Below, piece after piece: positions 18,172 to 27,962 of a stretch of DNA of 64,000 nucleotides. The position numbers and the translations under genes were made by a program. This DNA is from Deinococcales bacterium (GTDB lineage Bacteria > Deinococcota > Deinococci > Deinococcales > JAAFIG01): positions 48,686 to 112,685 of the forward strand of contig JANNVX010000086.1 in NCBI GenBank assembly GCA_031414595.1. Reading direction: 5' to 3'. The notes below the pieces were generated by a model, which worked only from the letters and a program-made list of their open reading frames with translations, was not told where the DNA came from and ran no database searches. Each line of letters starts with the position of its first letter. The first letter of the stretch is position 1.

Positions 18172-19557
18172 CTAGGACAACTTCGGTGGCACTCGAGCTA
18201 GGGTGGCTTGTTCAAAAGCATAAGCAATCTCGAGTAATTGCGGCTCAGACCAAGCCCTACCAAGAAAAGAAATTCCAACAGGTAAACCCGTTTCGGTGTA
18301 TCCAGCAGGCACAATAATCGTTGGATACCCAGCTTTTGCACCCACACTTGAACCCCAGTAGGTCGGAAACACAAGCGCATGCACGGACTCGAGGGCAGTG
18401 TCTAAGCCAGCTTTGGCAAGGCGCAGGTCTTCGGCTCGAGCGCGGAGGTACTCGAGGCTTTTTGCACCCAGCGAACTCTGGGCAGCCAGCAGTAAAACTT
18501 GCCCATAGCGCAACATGTTTTCGGGGTCTGCATCGTTAAAGGCAATTAACTTGGCTAAATTTTTTATTGATGTGTGGCGCAAATACTTATTTAAGTCTCG
18601 CTTAAATTCGTGAATCAGCACTGAATAACCCAAGTTAGAAGCGGCTTTGGCTTCGGGTAAGTTGGTGTCAACCACCGTTGCCCCAAGTTGCCGCAGTACC
18701 TCGAGTGAACCTTCTAAGACGGTTTGTTCAAAGGTGCTTGGGAAATTCCAAAAGACTTCTCGAGGGATACCAAGGCGCAGACCACGCAAATCTAAGCGCT
18801 CAGGCGTAGGAATCTTAAAATTCCTTGGTTGGGTTTTGGTGATGCTGTCCTTGGTATCTTGCCCAAGCATCACCTGCAATAAAATTGCCGCGTCTTGGAC
18901 AGTGCGGGTCATCGGTCCAGCCGTGTCTTGGGTACTCGAGATTGGAATAATACCGCGTCTCGAGACCAAACCAACCGTGGGTTTGATGCCAACCAAACTG
19001 TTTTGGTTACTTGGATTAAGAATACTGCCACTGGTTTCTGTGCCAATGCCAACCACTGCAAAATGGGCAGCAATGGCAACGCCAGTTCCGCTCGAGCTTC
19101 CACCAGGCGTTAAGTTTTTATCGTAAGGATTGACGGTTTGACCCCCACGACTCGAGTAGCCACTGGGCATATTGGTGGTCATAAAATTTGCCCATTCGGT
19201 CATGTTGGTTTTGCCAAGAATAATTGCTCCTGCGGCTCGTAAGCGCCGTACAATCTCGGCGTCTTGGTTGGCAATGTGTCCTAATAACGCTCTCGAGCCA
19301 GCCGTGGTTTGCATTTGGTCATTTGTTGAAATGTTGTCTTTAATTAAGACTGGAATGCCATGCAGTAAACCACGCTGGGTTGTCTGGCGGTCAAGTTTGG
19401 CGGCGATTTCTAAGGCATCAGGGTTTAACTCGAGAACACTTCTTAAACTCGGGTCAAAGGTTTTGATTCGCGCCAAGTAAAACTCGGTCAAGCCAACGGC
19501 GGTCTGCTCACCTTTTTGCAATTGTTTTTGTGCTTTGATAATGCTCAGTTCAGTCAT
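18172..19557 (-). CDS. Amidase signature family protein
   Basis: Motifs KDNI, GGSSSG and GTETSGSI. Confidence 0.92.
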   Translation of the reverse strand: MTELSIIKAQKQLQKGEQTAVGLTEFYLARIKTFDPSLRSVLELNPDALEIAAKLDRQTTQRGLLHGIPVLIKDNISTNDQMQTTAGSRALLGHIANQDAEIVRRLRAAGAIILGKTNMTEWANFMTTNMPSGYSSRGGQTVNPYDKNLTPGGSSSGTGVAIAAHFAVVGIGTETSGSILNPSNQNSLVGIKPTVGLVSRRGIIPISSTQDTAGPMTRTVQDAAILLQVMLGQDTKDSITKTQPRNFKIPTPERLDLRGLRLGIPREVFWNFPSTFEQTVLEGSLEVLRQLGATVVDTNLPEAKAASNLGYSVLIHEFKRDLNKYLRHTSIKNLAKLIAFNDADPENMLRYGQVLLLAAQSSLGAKSLEYLRARAEDLRLAKAGLDTALESVHALVFPTYWGSSVGAKAGYPTIIVPAGYTETGLPVGISFLGRAWSEPQLLEIAYAFEQATLARVPPKLS

Positions 19558-19673
19558 GCCCTATCTTACGTCCAGATTCCCATAGAAAAAAACTGCACTA
19601 AATCTTCATCAAATATTCAAATGTCTACGACTATACTTTTGCGAACAAATCAAAAGCCGTATCAGGAGAAAAT

Positions 19674-20468
19674 ATGAATCATCACGAACCGCATGACCTT
19701 GGTTTAGCCGCCGATGTCAATATGCTCAACCTAAGCCATATCAATCGGCGAAAAGCCTTGGCGATGGGCTTGGCTGGAATTGGTGCATTATTGGGATGTA
19801 ATGTTCAAACGCCGACTGACCCAAATGGATGCAGTCCAATTCCATCAGAAACAGCCGGTCCTTATCCTGCCGATGGTTCGGTGGCGTCTGGGAAATCGCT
19901 CAATGTTCTCACCCGCTCGGGGATTGTTCGCAGCGACTTACGCTCGAGTCTTGCCACCAGTACCACAGCCACAGGTGTGCTTCTGAACATCACCTTAAAA
20001 TTAGTCAACACCAAAGCAAGCTGTGCTGCTCTAGCTGGGTATGCGATTTATCTTTGGCACTGCAACCAGACTGGTTTGTACTCGATGTACAGTAGCGCGG
20101 TTGTCAACGAGGATTATTTGCGTGGGGTTCAAGTCACAGATAGTAACGGCGAAGTCACCTTTACGACCATTTTCCCGGGTTGTTATGACGGGCGTTACCC
20201 ACATATTCACTTTGAAATTTATCCTTCTTTAGCCAGTGCCACCTCTGCCGCCAATAAAATTCAAACTTCGCAACTTGCCCTGCCCAGTGCAGCTTGCAAC
20301 AGTGTTTATGCTTCGGCGGGGTACAGTGCCAGTAGCAATAACTTTTCTAAGACTTCTTTAAGCAGCGACAATGTTTTTTCTGATGGCTCGAGCCTACAAG
20401 TTGCTACTGCCACGGGCAGTATTGAAGCAGGCTACACTGCTAATTTAACCGTTGGTATCGCTGTTTAA
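19674..20468 (+). CDS. Intradiol ring-cleavage dioxygenase-like exported protein
   Basis: Tat-like NRRKAL/lipobox, ETAGPYP, WHC..G.YS.Y, YLRGVQ and PGCYDGRYPHIHFE. Confidence 0.85.
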   Translation: MNHHEPHDLGLAADVNMLNLSHINRRKALAMGLAGIGALLGCNVQTPTDPNGCSPIPSETAGPYPADGSVASGKSLNVLTRSGIVRSDLRSSLATSTTATGVLLNITLKLVNTKASCAALAGYAIYLWHCNQTGLYSMYSSAVVNEDYLRGVQVTDSNGEVTFTTIFPGCYDGRYPHIHFEIYPSLASATSAANKIQTSQLALPSAACNSVYASAGYSASSNNFSKTSLSSDNVFSDGSSLQVATATGSIEAGYTANLTVGIAV

Positions 20469-20525
20469 TCACCCTGTACACCTCGCGCTTACCTTCAAGT
20501 ACCAAATAGCAGTGCAGGAAGGGCT

Positions 20526-20602
20526 AGATTGCTTCACTCCGTTCGCAATGACAGGGCTTTTTTTATCGTCATTGCGAGACGAGGAACGGGGCGTGGCAAT
20601 CT
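20526..20602. repeat. Palindromic intergenic element (GATTGC...GCAATGAC/GTCATTGCG...GCAATC type)
   Basis: Nested inverted repeats between convergent genes. Confidence 0.65.
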
Positions 20603-20642
20603 CTCGAGATACCGTTTTCTGGTCTATTTCTTGCTAAACCGT

Positions 20643-21866
20643 TTACGCCCGTAACAAATTCAGTTTACTGCCGCGCTTGAAATCTGGGAAAACCTCAGCA
20701 ATCCGCTGGTGCTTAAATCTACCCTCGAGAATTTCGGCAATAATATCGCGGTAGTCTAGGTTAAAACCAAGGTCAGCACGGTCATACAAAGCATCTGGGT
20801 GCAAACTTGGGGGTTTGCCGTACACTTTTTTACCATTGATGCTGGCGCCCAAAACCAACATCGCACCTCCATGCCCGTGGTCTGTGCCTTGGCTGGCATT
20901 TTCTTGAACTCGTCTGCCAAATTCAGAAACCACAATTGTGGTCACATGCTGATTTAAGTTGTTGCCTTCTAAGTCAGCATAAAAGGCTTTTAAGCCCAGT
21001 GCTAATTCCTCTAAATGGTCGGCAAAGTAACCCTGTCCTTGCTCACCTTGGTATTCGTGGGTGTCCCAACCACCCAAGTCAACCGCCGCCGAACGCAGAC
21101 CCAAACCAGCCCGCAGTACCGTGGCAACCGTGGCTAAATTCTTGGCAAATTCGGAATCGGGATACCCGTCAGAGACTTTACTTGGGGTAATACTCGAAGC
21201 CAATTGCAACGCCCCAAGGGTGTTACTGCCCGCTCGGTGCAGCAACGAATCACCTTTGTAGATTCGCTCGAGATTACGTGAGAGTTCTTTTCGGTACTCG
21301 GCATCGTCAGACAACCTAAATTCCTCGAGTCTGGGAATCGCCACGGCTGCCAAATCGCCGCGTAAACTGCCCGGCATGGTGTTACCTGCCGCCAAGTTCG
21401 CACTTAACTGAACCCGAAGACTTGGGCTTGGCGCACTGGCAATGGCTCGAGCCAACCAACCACTTTTACCGATGGTTTTACCGGGTAAACCCAGTTCCAT
21501 ACTGGTCATCGCATCAAAATGAGACCGTGAATCAAAAGGCATTCCCGTTCCCGCCATCACCGCCATCGAACCATTCTGGTACAAATCCCAAAGTGGCTCG
21601 AGGGCTTTATGTAAACCCCAACCATTGCCCAAACCAAGCGTCAAATTGCTCGGTACAGCCAAACTCGGACGGGCTGCCAAATAGCGTTTGCGTTCAGTAT
21701 CCTCGAGCGGCGATAGTACCGAGAGCGCATCCCAACCACCACGCAAAAAAACCACCACCAAGCACTCGTTGATGGCTGGTGCAGCAAAGCTCAGACCTGT
21801 CAAACGACTACCCGCCAAAGCTGCAATTGCCCCAGAGCAACCCACTAAAAAATCACGTCGTTTCAT
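20643..21866 (-). CDS. DUF1501 family Tat-exported protein
   Basis: Motifs MKRRDFL, FLRGGWD, RSHF, GGWDTH, SEFGR and GTDHGHG. Confidence 0.9.
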   Translation of the reverse strand: MKRRDFLVGCSGAIAALAGSRLTGLSFAAPAINECLVVVFLRGGWDALSVLSPLEDTERKRYLAARPSLAVPSNLTLGLGNGWGLHKALEPLWDLYQNGSMAVMAGTGMPFDSRSHFDAMTSMELGLPGKTIGKSGWLARAIASAPSPSLRVQLSANLAAGNTMPGSLRGDLAAVAIPRLEEFRLSDDAEYRKELSRNLERIYKGDSLLHRAGSNTLGALQLASSITPSKVSDGYPDSEFAKNLATVATVLRAGLGLRSAAVDLGGWDTHEYQGEQGQGYFADHLEELALGLKAFYADLEGNNLNQHVTTIVVSEFGRRVQENASQGTDHGHGGAMLVLGASINGKKVYGKPPSLHPDALYDRADLGFNLDYRDIIAEILEGRFKHQRIAEVFPDFKRGSKLNLLRA

Positions 21867-21887
21867 TAGGACTCCTTCGCCTTCTCT

Positions 21888-23402
21888 TCACTTCTCTAAA
21901 AATTCTGGACTCATGACAATCAGACCAAGGCTTTCTCCCAAACGCCATTTCAGGGCTTCGGGGTCGGTGATTGGTGCGTCGGGGGGTGTGTTGTCTCGGA
22001 GTTTATCGAGAACGGTTTGTTTGAGGCTGGGGCTGGGTTCTCGCCCAAGGATACGGTTTAGCCAAAAGTTAGCAATGCTGTTTGGGGTGTTGCGGTTGGC
22101 GTTGCGCTCAACAATTGGCGACTTGTAATTTTCATCCCAGTTGTGGGCAAAACCATTGGCAAGACCCCAAAACCGCAATAAACTGGTGCTGCTTAACCAG
22201 TGTTCTTTGCTGTCTGGATAACCGTCGGGCATGGGGTGGTTGAATGGCATCTGCCCAAGCCACTCCAAAGACCATTGACGATCTGCCTCGAGCTTAAAAT
22301 CTGTTTCTAACACCCGTGCCAAACTGTAAAAACGCTCTAAGGGGCGCTTGACCTTTTGTCCCCAAGTCTGGGCAAATTCTTCGGACAAAACAATCATACG
22401 TAGAACATGTTTTAATTGGTCTGGGGCTTTTTGTTGTTCGGTAAAAACCTTGGCGACTCGAGCCACCAGATTTTCGGGCGGGGTGTCTGATACCAAACGC
22501 CGACAGAGTTTGCGGCTGATAAACCGCGCTGTCCCCGCGTGGTAGGCTAGTGCATCCAACACATCTGTGCCGTCTTTAAGTCCTTGGTCTGGGGGTAAAA
22601 AACGACCCAGTACAGTTTTTTGAAAACGGTCATGCCAAGCTGGGTAAAAGCTAAATTCACCAGTGTCGCCAAGGCTGTCTTTATCGTCGGCGACCCGCCA
22701 GCCTGTAAAGCAGCGGGTGGCTTCGTAAACATCATCATCCACATAGCCGACCGAAAGCCCTTTGGAAAAACCGGCAATGTCTTTTTGGCGCTTGACCCCA
22801 AGGTAATTTTCTGCGCCTAGGGTGTGTAATTCAAACAATTCTCGAGCAAAATTTTCGTTTGGTCCCGCCCGTTGGTTGCTCGAGTTATCCAAGTAATAGA
22901 GCATACTTGGGTGCTGGGCTACGGCTTGGAGTAAAACTCGAAAATTACCAAAAGCATGGGTGCGAATCACATCACGGTCAAAACTGGCAAACAGGGCGGC
23001 AATTTGTTCTTGGCGATTTGGGTCTATATTAAAATGGTTGTGCCAAAAATCGGTCATGACTTCTAAAAGCTGGCGTTCGCTCCAAATCCCACGGGCGATA
23101 GTTGCAAGCCGTGTCTCGAGAGCGGGTTGGACGGCAATTTCATAACGGTTTGGGTCTTTTTCTAGCACATCGCGGATGTGTTCAGCCCAGAGTTTAGGCA
23201 GTGGTTTTTGCAGCGTGGTCAAGCCTTTGATTCGCTCATCACAAACTGAATCCACAATTTTTATTGGCTCAAGTTGACGTTCTAACCAAATTTTTAAGCG
23301 CTCAGGATTGGTTTTTGCCAACTTTTGAAAATTTGCCAAATCGTTTGGGCGAGCGCCAAAAGCAAGTCGTGAGTAAACAATCACTTCAAGTGGTGGTGAC
23401 AT
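21888..23402 (-). CDS. DUF1800 family protein
   Basis: Motifs SRLAFG, MTDFWHNHF, YLDN, NENFARELFELHTLG and PDGY. Start at M23402, TAAAAT 5 nt upstream. Paired with DUF1501. Confidence 0.88.
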   Translation of the reverse strand: MSPPLEVIVYSRLAFGARPNDLANFQKLAKTNPERLKIWLERQLEPIKIVDSVCDERIKGLTTLQKPLPKLWAEHIRDVLEKDPNRYEIAVQPALETRLATIARGIWSERQLLEVMTDFWHNHFNIDPNRQEQIAALFASFDRDVIRTHAFGNFRVLLQAVAQHPSMLYYLDNSSNQRAGPNENFARELFELHTLGAENYLGVKRQKDIAGFSKGLSVGYVDDDVYEATRCFTGWRVADDKDSLGDTGEFSFYPAWHDRFQKTVLGRFLPPDQGLKDGTDVLDALAYHAGTARFISRKLCRRLVSDTPPENLVARVAKVFTEQQKAPDQLKHVLRMIVLSEEFAQTWGQKVKRPLERFYSLARVLETDFKLEADRQWSLEWLGQMPFNHPMPDGYPDSKEHWLSSTSLLRFWGLANGFAHNWDENYKSPIVERNANRNTPNSIANFWLNRILGREPSPSLKQTVLDKLRDNTPPDAPITDPEALKWRLGESLGLIVMSPEFLEK

Positions 23403-23492
23403 AACCAATTTTACTGGACTGAGCAAAGAACCCGATGAAGCCAAGGTGATTCGCATGAGGCTGTTATAAAAAAGTTCATGGTAAAGTAAGCC

Positions 23493-24212
23493 ATGAAAAT
23501 TTTACTGACTCTTTTGTTGGCAAGCACGGTACTGGCAAGCACTGCCTTGGCTGTCACTCGAGAAGTCAGTTATAAAGCCTCAGACGGAATTATTGTTTAC
23601 GCCGACCACAGCAGTGTCGCCAAGTCCAAAGGTTTAATTGTGCTTTTTCATCAAGCCAATGGTAGTCGGCTCGAGTACGAAAAGATTGCGCCACGCTTAA
23701 ATTTGTTGGGATTTGCAACCTTAGTGGTAGACCAGCGTTCGGGTGGCTCTGAATTTGGTGGAACAAATAAAACTGCCGCCCAAGTCCCAACCGCAAGTTA
23801 TCTCGAGGCACTGCCCGACTTAGAAGCCAGTTTGAAATATGCTAAGAATATCCTCAAAGCCCCAAAAGTGATTGTCTGGGGGAGTTCGTACTCGAGTGCT
23901 TTGGTGTTCTTACTGGCTGCCAAAAATCCTAAAGATGTGGCTGGATTACTAGCATTCTCGCCCGATGAGTACCTTGGGCAACCCACAATGGTGCGTGACG
24001 CAGCTAAAAAAGTAAATATGCCAGTCTTTATCACCAGTGCTGCTTCGGAAGTCAGTGCTGCCAAAACCATTTTTAATGCCACTGGCAGCAAAAATAAAAC
24101 CCAATTTATCCCCAAAGGTGTGGGTATACACGGTTCAAGAGTATTAGCCAATCCGCTCACCGGCACTGAATACTGGGTGGCAGTTGAGAAATTCCTAAGT
24201 CAATATAAATAA
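23493..24212 (+). CDS. Secreted alpha/beta hydrolase
   Basis: Signal peptide, LFHQA, DQRSGG, GSSYS nucleophile elbow and HGS. Confidence 0.85.
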   Translation: MKILLTLLLASTVLASTALAVTREVSYKASDGIIVYADHSSVAKSKGLIVLFHQANGSRLEYEKIAPRLNLLGFATLVVDQRSGGSEFGGTNKTAAQVPTASYLEALPDLEASLKYAKNILKAPKVIVWGSSYSSALVFLLAAKNPKDVAGLLAFSPDEYLGQPTMVRDAAKKVNMPVFITSAASEVSAAKTIFNATGSKNKTQFIPKGVGIHGSRVLANPLTGTEYWVAVEKFLSQYK

Positions 24213-24229
24213 AGGCTACAATATCAAGC

Positions 24230-25357
24230 ATGGAAATCCGTCCAACTCGAGTGGTCAATTTACTGCCAGCCGCCCTGATTGTCCTTGGTGTTTTACTGCT
24301 CTGGGGAGCAATTCAAACCCTAGGGCAGATTCTCCTTTTAATCACTTTAGCCCTGATTATCGCGGCGGGCTTAAACCCCACAGTGCTGTGGCTAACCCAC
24401 CGTCGCATTCCTCGAGCCGTTGCAGCAGCTTTAATTTTATTTGTGGTGCTTGGCGGCACAGTCGGTTTAATTGGCGCACTCATTCCCGCCCTGATTTCTC
24501 AACTGACCAGTTTGGTCTCGAGCATCCCCAGCATTGCCCAAAATGTCCAAACATGGTTAATTCAGTCTACCTCGAGCAACCCGCTCTTAAAAAGCGTTTC
24601 TGATTCGCTGGCGACTGGCGACCTTGCCAAGCAATTACAGGGCTTACTTTCGGCTGTACCAAGTACACTCCTAAGCGCACTTGGGGCAACCAGCAATGTC
24701 CTCAACAGCGCACTTTTGGGTGTACTGTTGCTGCTGATGGGTTTTACGGTGCTGATTTCGCCCGAACCACTCTTAAAAGGCGCACTTTCTGGCATTCCCA
24801 ACTCGTACCGCGATGAAGCCTCCCGTGCCATTGCCCGCATCGGTAAGCAATTATCGGCTTGGTTGATGGCAACTTTATTTTTATCGTTTGTGATGGGTGT
24901 AGCGGTTGGGATTGGCTTAGGTGTCCTTTCATTATTTGGTATTCACTCGGGCAACATTCTGCTTTGGAGTGTGATTGCTGGCGTGACCAACATCATCCCC
25001 GTGATTGGACCCTTGTTTGGGCTGCTTCCACCTGTGTTGTCAAGCTTATCGCCTAATCCGCAAAATGCTATTTGGGTCGCAATTGTCATTTTTGCAATGC
25101 AGCAAATTGTCTTTAATGTGCTTGTGCCAATAGTCATGTCTCGAGGAGTGAGTTTGCACCCCGCCAGCTTATTGATTGGGGTGCTGATTTTCTCGGGGCT
25201 ATTTGGCGTGATTGGTGCGTTTTTGGCTGTGCCATTTTTAATTATTTGTAAAGCCCTATACGAAGAACTCTACTTACCAGCAATTGGCTCGAGAACTGTG
25301 ACCGACGAAGAAGTTGCTAAGGTACTGCGCGGTGAAGTTCTTGAGGAGATAACTTAA
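24230..25357 (+). CDS. AI-2E family transporter
   Basis: Multi-TM protein with IPVIGP, LHP and GAFLAVP motifs. Confidence 0.88.
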   Translation: MEIRPTRVVNLLPAALIVLGVLLLWGAIQTLGQILLLITLALIIAAGLNPTVLWLTHRRIPRAVAAALILFVVLGGTVGLIGALIPALISQLTSLVSSIPSIAQNVQTWLIQSTSSNPLLKSVSDSLATGDLAKQLQGLLSAVPSTLLSALGATSNVLNSALLGVLLLLMGFTVLISPEPLLKGALSGIPNSYRDEASRAIARIGKQLSAWLMATLFLSFVMGVAVGIGLGVLSLFGIHSGNILLWSVIAGVTNIIPVIGPLFGLLPPVLSSLSPNPQNAIWVAIVIFAMQQIVFNVLVPIVMSRGVSLHPASLLIGVLIFSGLFGVIGAFLAVPFLIICKALYEELYLPAIGSRTVTDEEVAKVLRGEVLEEIT

Positions 25358-25393
25358 TTGAATCCAACGCTGCACATCCTTAGAATCAGGCAT
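25355..25393 (-). pseudogene. N-terminal remnant of a HEPN-domain gene
   Basis: ATG overlaps the MNT stop (ATGCCTGA). MPDSKDVQRWIQL resembles HEPN N-termini, then runs into the convergent AI-2E gene. Confidence 0.45.
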
Positions 25394-25682
25394 ATAAGAC
25401 TTTACCTTCCCTAGCCACAATACGGGCAATCAGTGTTTCGCCATTGTTAAAATCCGTTTCAGTCATTGGCAAAATGTCAAATCCACATGACGGTGGAAAC
25501 AATGCTTGGTAAGCTGCTAAGCCAGTCTGCATTAAATTTGTTCCGTCTTTGAAAACCAACAATAAGTCCACGTCACTGTTTAATGTGGCTTCACCCCTAG
25601 CATGACTGCCAAACAAAATAACGCGTTTTGCACCACTGGCTTTGGCGGCTTTATAGGCAATAAGCTCGAAATCAAGCTGCAT
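25386..25682 (-). CDS. Minimal nucleotidyltransferase (MNT antitoxin-like)
   Basis: 98 aa with ILFGSHARG...SDVDLL and C-terminal REGKVLYA. Confidence 0.85.
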   Translation of the reverse strand: MQLDFELIAYKAAKASGAKRVILFGSHARGEATLNSDVDLLLVFKDGTNLMQTGLAAYQALFPPSCGFDILPMTETDFNNGETLIARIVAREGKVLYA

Positions 25683-25707
25683 AAAAAGATAATACTGCTT
25701 GTATGGA

Positions 25708-26382
25708 TCATTTAACAAACCAAACAAATTCACCAACCTGAACAAATTCAAGTTTTTTGTTAATTGCCAGCATCGCAGAATTTCTCGAGTCATTGGCAGT
25801 GCGAATTTCAATCAGACCTCTTGCAACAGCTTCGTTAATTGCCAATGTCTTTAGTGCCTGAGCTAATCCCAAACCACGATACGCTCGAGCCGTACCAGCC
25901 AGTGTTGTTGCCACACCGTTATTGCTTATTTGGTCAAAATGTACACCACTCATCGAAACCCAATCTGCGCCATTCAGGGCAATAAAAACACCACTGGCAT
26001 TGTTCCAATAAATGTTCCAAAGGAAGTCGTTAAACTGTTCAAAAGTTTCAAATTTGCCTTCAAAGGCAGGGTCATCTTCGACAGCCCCACGTACCAACCA
26101 ATACAGTTTTTCGCGGTGCAACACAGAATCGCCAAGCTCAAGCAGCGTCTTAAACACATACCTTTGACCCTCGAGTTGATGCACCAAACTTAAATCCAAA
26201 GGCTTAAAAAGCTGCAAATGGCTACGAATTGAACGTTCAACTAACTTAAACCCGTTCTGTAATAAAAAATCCTGTGCTTTTTGGCTTGGGTTTGGAATAC
26301 CAAGCCGCATAATTTCAAGCCAATCTGGTTGTGTCTGCAAAGCCCACAGGTCGTCTGTATGCTCAAGTTTAAGGGTTTTCAT
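25708..26382 (-). CDS. GNAT family N-acetyltransferase
   Basis: AGTARAYRGLGLAQALK and NSAMLAINKKLEF. Confidence 0.85.
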   Translation of the reverse strand: MKTLKLEHTDDLWALQTQPDWLEIMRLGIPNPSQKAQDFLLQNGFKLVERSIRSHLQLFKPLDLSLVHQLEGQRYVFKTLLELGDSVLHREKLYWLVRGAVEDDPAFEGKFETFEQFNDFLWNIYWNNASGVFIALNGADWVSMSGVHFDQISNNGVATTLAGTARAYRGLGLAQALKTLAINEAVARGLIEIRTANDSRNSAMLAINKKLEFVQVGEFVWFVK

Positions 26383-27317
26383 GAAGCAACTACTTTTCGT
26401 AAATATATAGTGGCGGGGTCTTTGACAAACCCCATCGCTTCGTTAATTGCAAGCATTGGGCGGTTAATCACATGATTACTGGTTCGCACAAACGCATAAC
26501 CATGATTTTTGGCAAATTGAACGGCGGCAAGTTTAAGCGCCACGGCAATCCCCAAACGTCGGTACGCTTTTCGCACACCCGTTAAACCCGTTTCGATAGT
26601 ACCTGCTCGAGCCGATTTGAATAATTGCGACATCCCAGCGATTTGCTTATTGATTATTCCCACAAATTCACCTTCTGGCATGGCGGTAGGGCTTTGAAAA
26701 GCCCGTTGTTGCCAAGTTTCAAAATCCCAAGGTTGATTTGGACTAGCGGTTGGAATATCACCCACAAGCTCGATGGTCGCATTGTAATAACGCCGAGCAA
26801 AATCGGGTTGATTCATTAAAGATGCTCGGGTACGAATTTCTAAGCCAGCCTTCTTGGCTTTCTCGAGGAACGATGTAAAAGCCGCTGCCTCAAAAGTCTC
26901 GAGGTGAAGGTTGCTCGAGAACATTCGATCAAATTCAGTAAAGCCATGAGCTAAAAAGAATGTGTACAATCCGAAATTCTCTTTGGCACTGACCCGCAAT
27001 AATTTTGGCTCGAGTGGTTGTGCGGACTGCAAAGTCTTTTGATAAACAGCTTCGGCAGATTCGAGATGCGCGGGTAACAAATGCAGTCCAAGCTCGAGTT
27101 CGTCAGGTTCAGGATTAGAAAGTGGAGTCTCGAGATTGATTACACCAATGTTTTGACCGTTTACAACCACAAAAAATCGTGCAAATTTTGCAGTTTTAAC
27201 CCGCGTCGCATCACGATGCTGGATGCTTTCGGCGGTCGTTGGGCGGCTTGGGTCTGCAAGGTTACGCAAACGCACATACTCGAGTAAATCGGTTTCTTGG
27301 TATCGGACAAATTCCAT
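26379..27317 (-). CDS. Tandem-GNAT N-acetyltransferase
   Basis: LTGVRKAYRRLGIA and NRPMLAINEAMGF. Start at MEFV (27317), TAAACT 5 nt upstream. Confidence 0.85.
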   Translation of the reverse strand: MEFVRYQETDLLEYVRLRNLADPSRPTTAESIQHRDATRVKTAKFARFFVVVNGQNIGVINLETPLSNPEPDELELGLHLLPAHLESAEAVYQKTLQSAQPLEPKLLRVSAKENFGLYTFFLAHGFTEFDRMFSSNLHLETFEAAAFTSFLEKAKKAGLEIRTRASLMNQPDFARRYYNATIELVGDIPTASPNQPWDFETWQQRAFQSPTAMPEGEFVGIINKQIAGMSQLFKSARAGTIETGLTGVRKAYRRLGIAVALKLAAVQFAKNHGYAFVRTSNHVINRPMLAINEAMGFVKDPATIYLRKVVAS

Positions 27318-27371
27318 GCTCGAGTTTAATGGTTTGGGCTGGTTCAAGCATCTGCCAAAATAATTAGTACC

Positions 27372-27866
27372 CTAAACCGCAGCTTGGAGCAAATACACTG
27401 CCCTAGCATCCAGTCCAATTTTACCCGTGGTATCTAAACGCTTCATCACCGCCTCAAATTGCCAATCCCGCGCCCAAAGGCGTTTTAATGCCAGTAGCAC
27501 TTCGCGTTTGCCATTGGCAGCCTCAAAATGTTTTTCGTTTTCACGGCGTAAAATCAGGCGGCTCGAGAAATGGCTGTTGTCAAAAGCGGTATACATCTGA
27601 GCAATAAAATCTTCGAGCAGCGTGGCTTCTAAAATTCGTTTGCTGGCTCGAGAACACAGCACCTCGAGTAAATCTTCATCTAAGCGCCTTGGGTTAATCG
27701 GCTTAAAAGTCTCGCGCAGATTCTCGGGTAGGTTATTGGAAATATAAAATTGTTCTTCGGCTCGAGCCGTGATGATAAAACCAGTTTTCCCGATGAAGTT
27801 TTTGGTCTCGAGTCCGACTTGGCTGGTGGGTAATTTTTGGCTTTCACTAAACGTGCAGAGTAACAT
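27372..27866 (-). CDS. Hypothetical protein
   Basis: 164-aa ORF filling the gap, with host-like composition. No family recognised. Confidence 0.6.
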   Translation of the reverse strand: MLLCTFSESQKLPTSQVGLETKNFIGKTGFIITARAEEQFYISNNLPENLRETFKPINPRRLDEDLLEVLCSRASKRILEATLLEDFIAQMYTAFDNSHFSSRLILRRENEKHFEAANGKREVLLALKRLWARDWQFEAVMKRLDTTGKIGLDARAVYLLQAAV

Positions 27867-27962
27867 TCTTAAAACGTATCATTTACCCATGTCCGAATCC
27901 AATATTTTATTGCAGTAAAAAGTCTCATGCTTATCGTAAACAGAGTGTCATAATCTGGTCAT

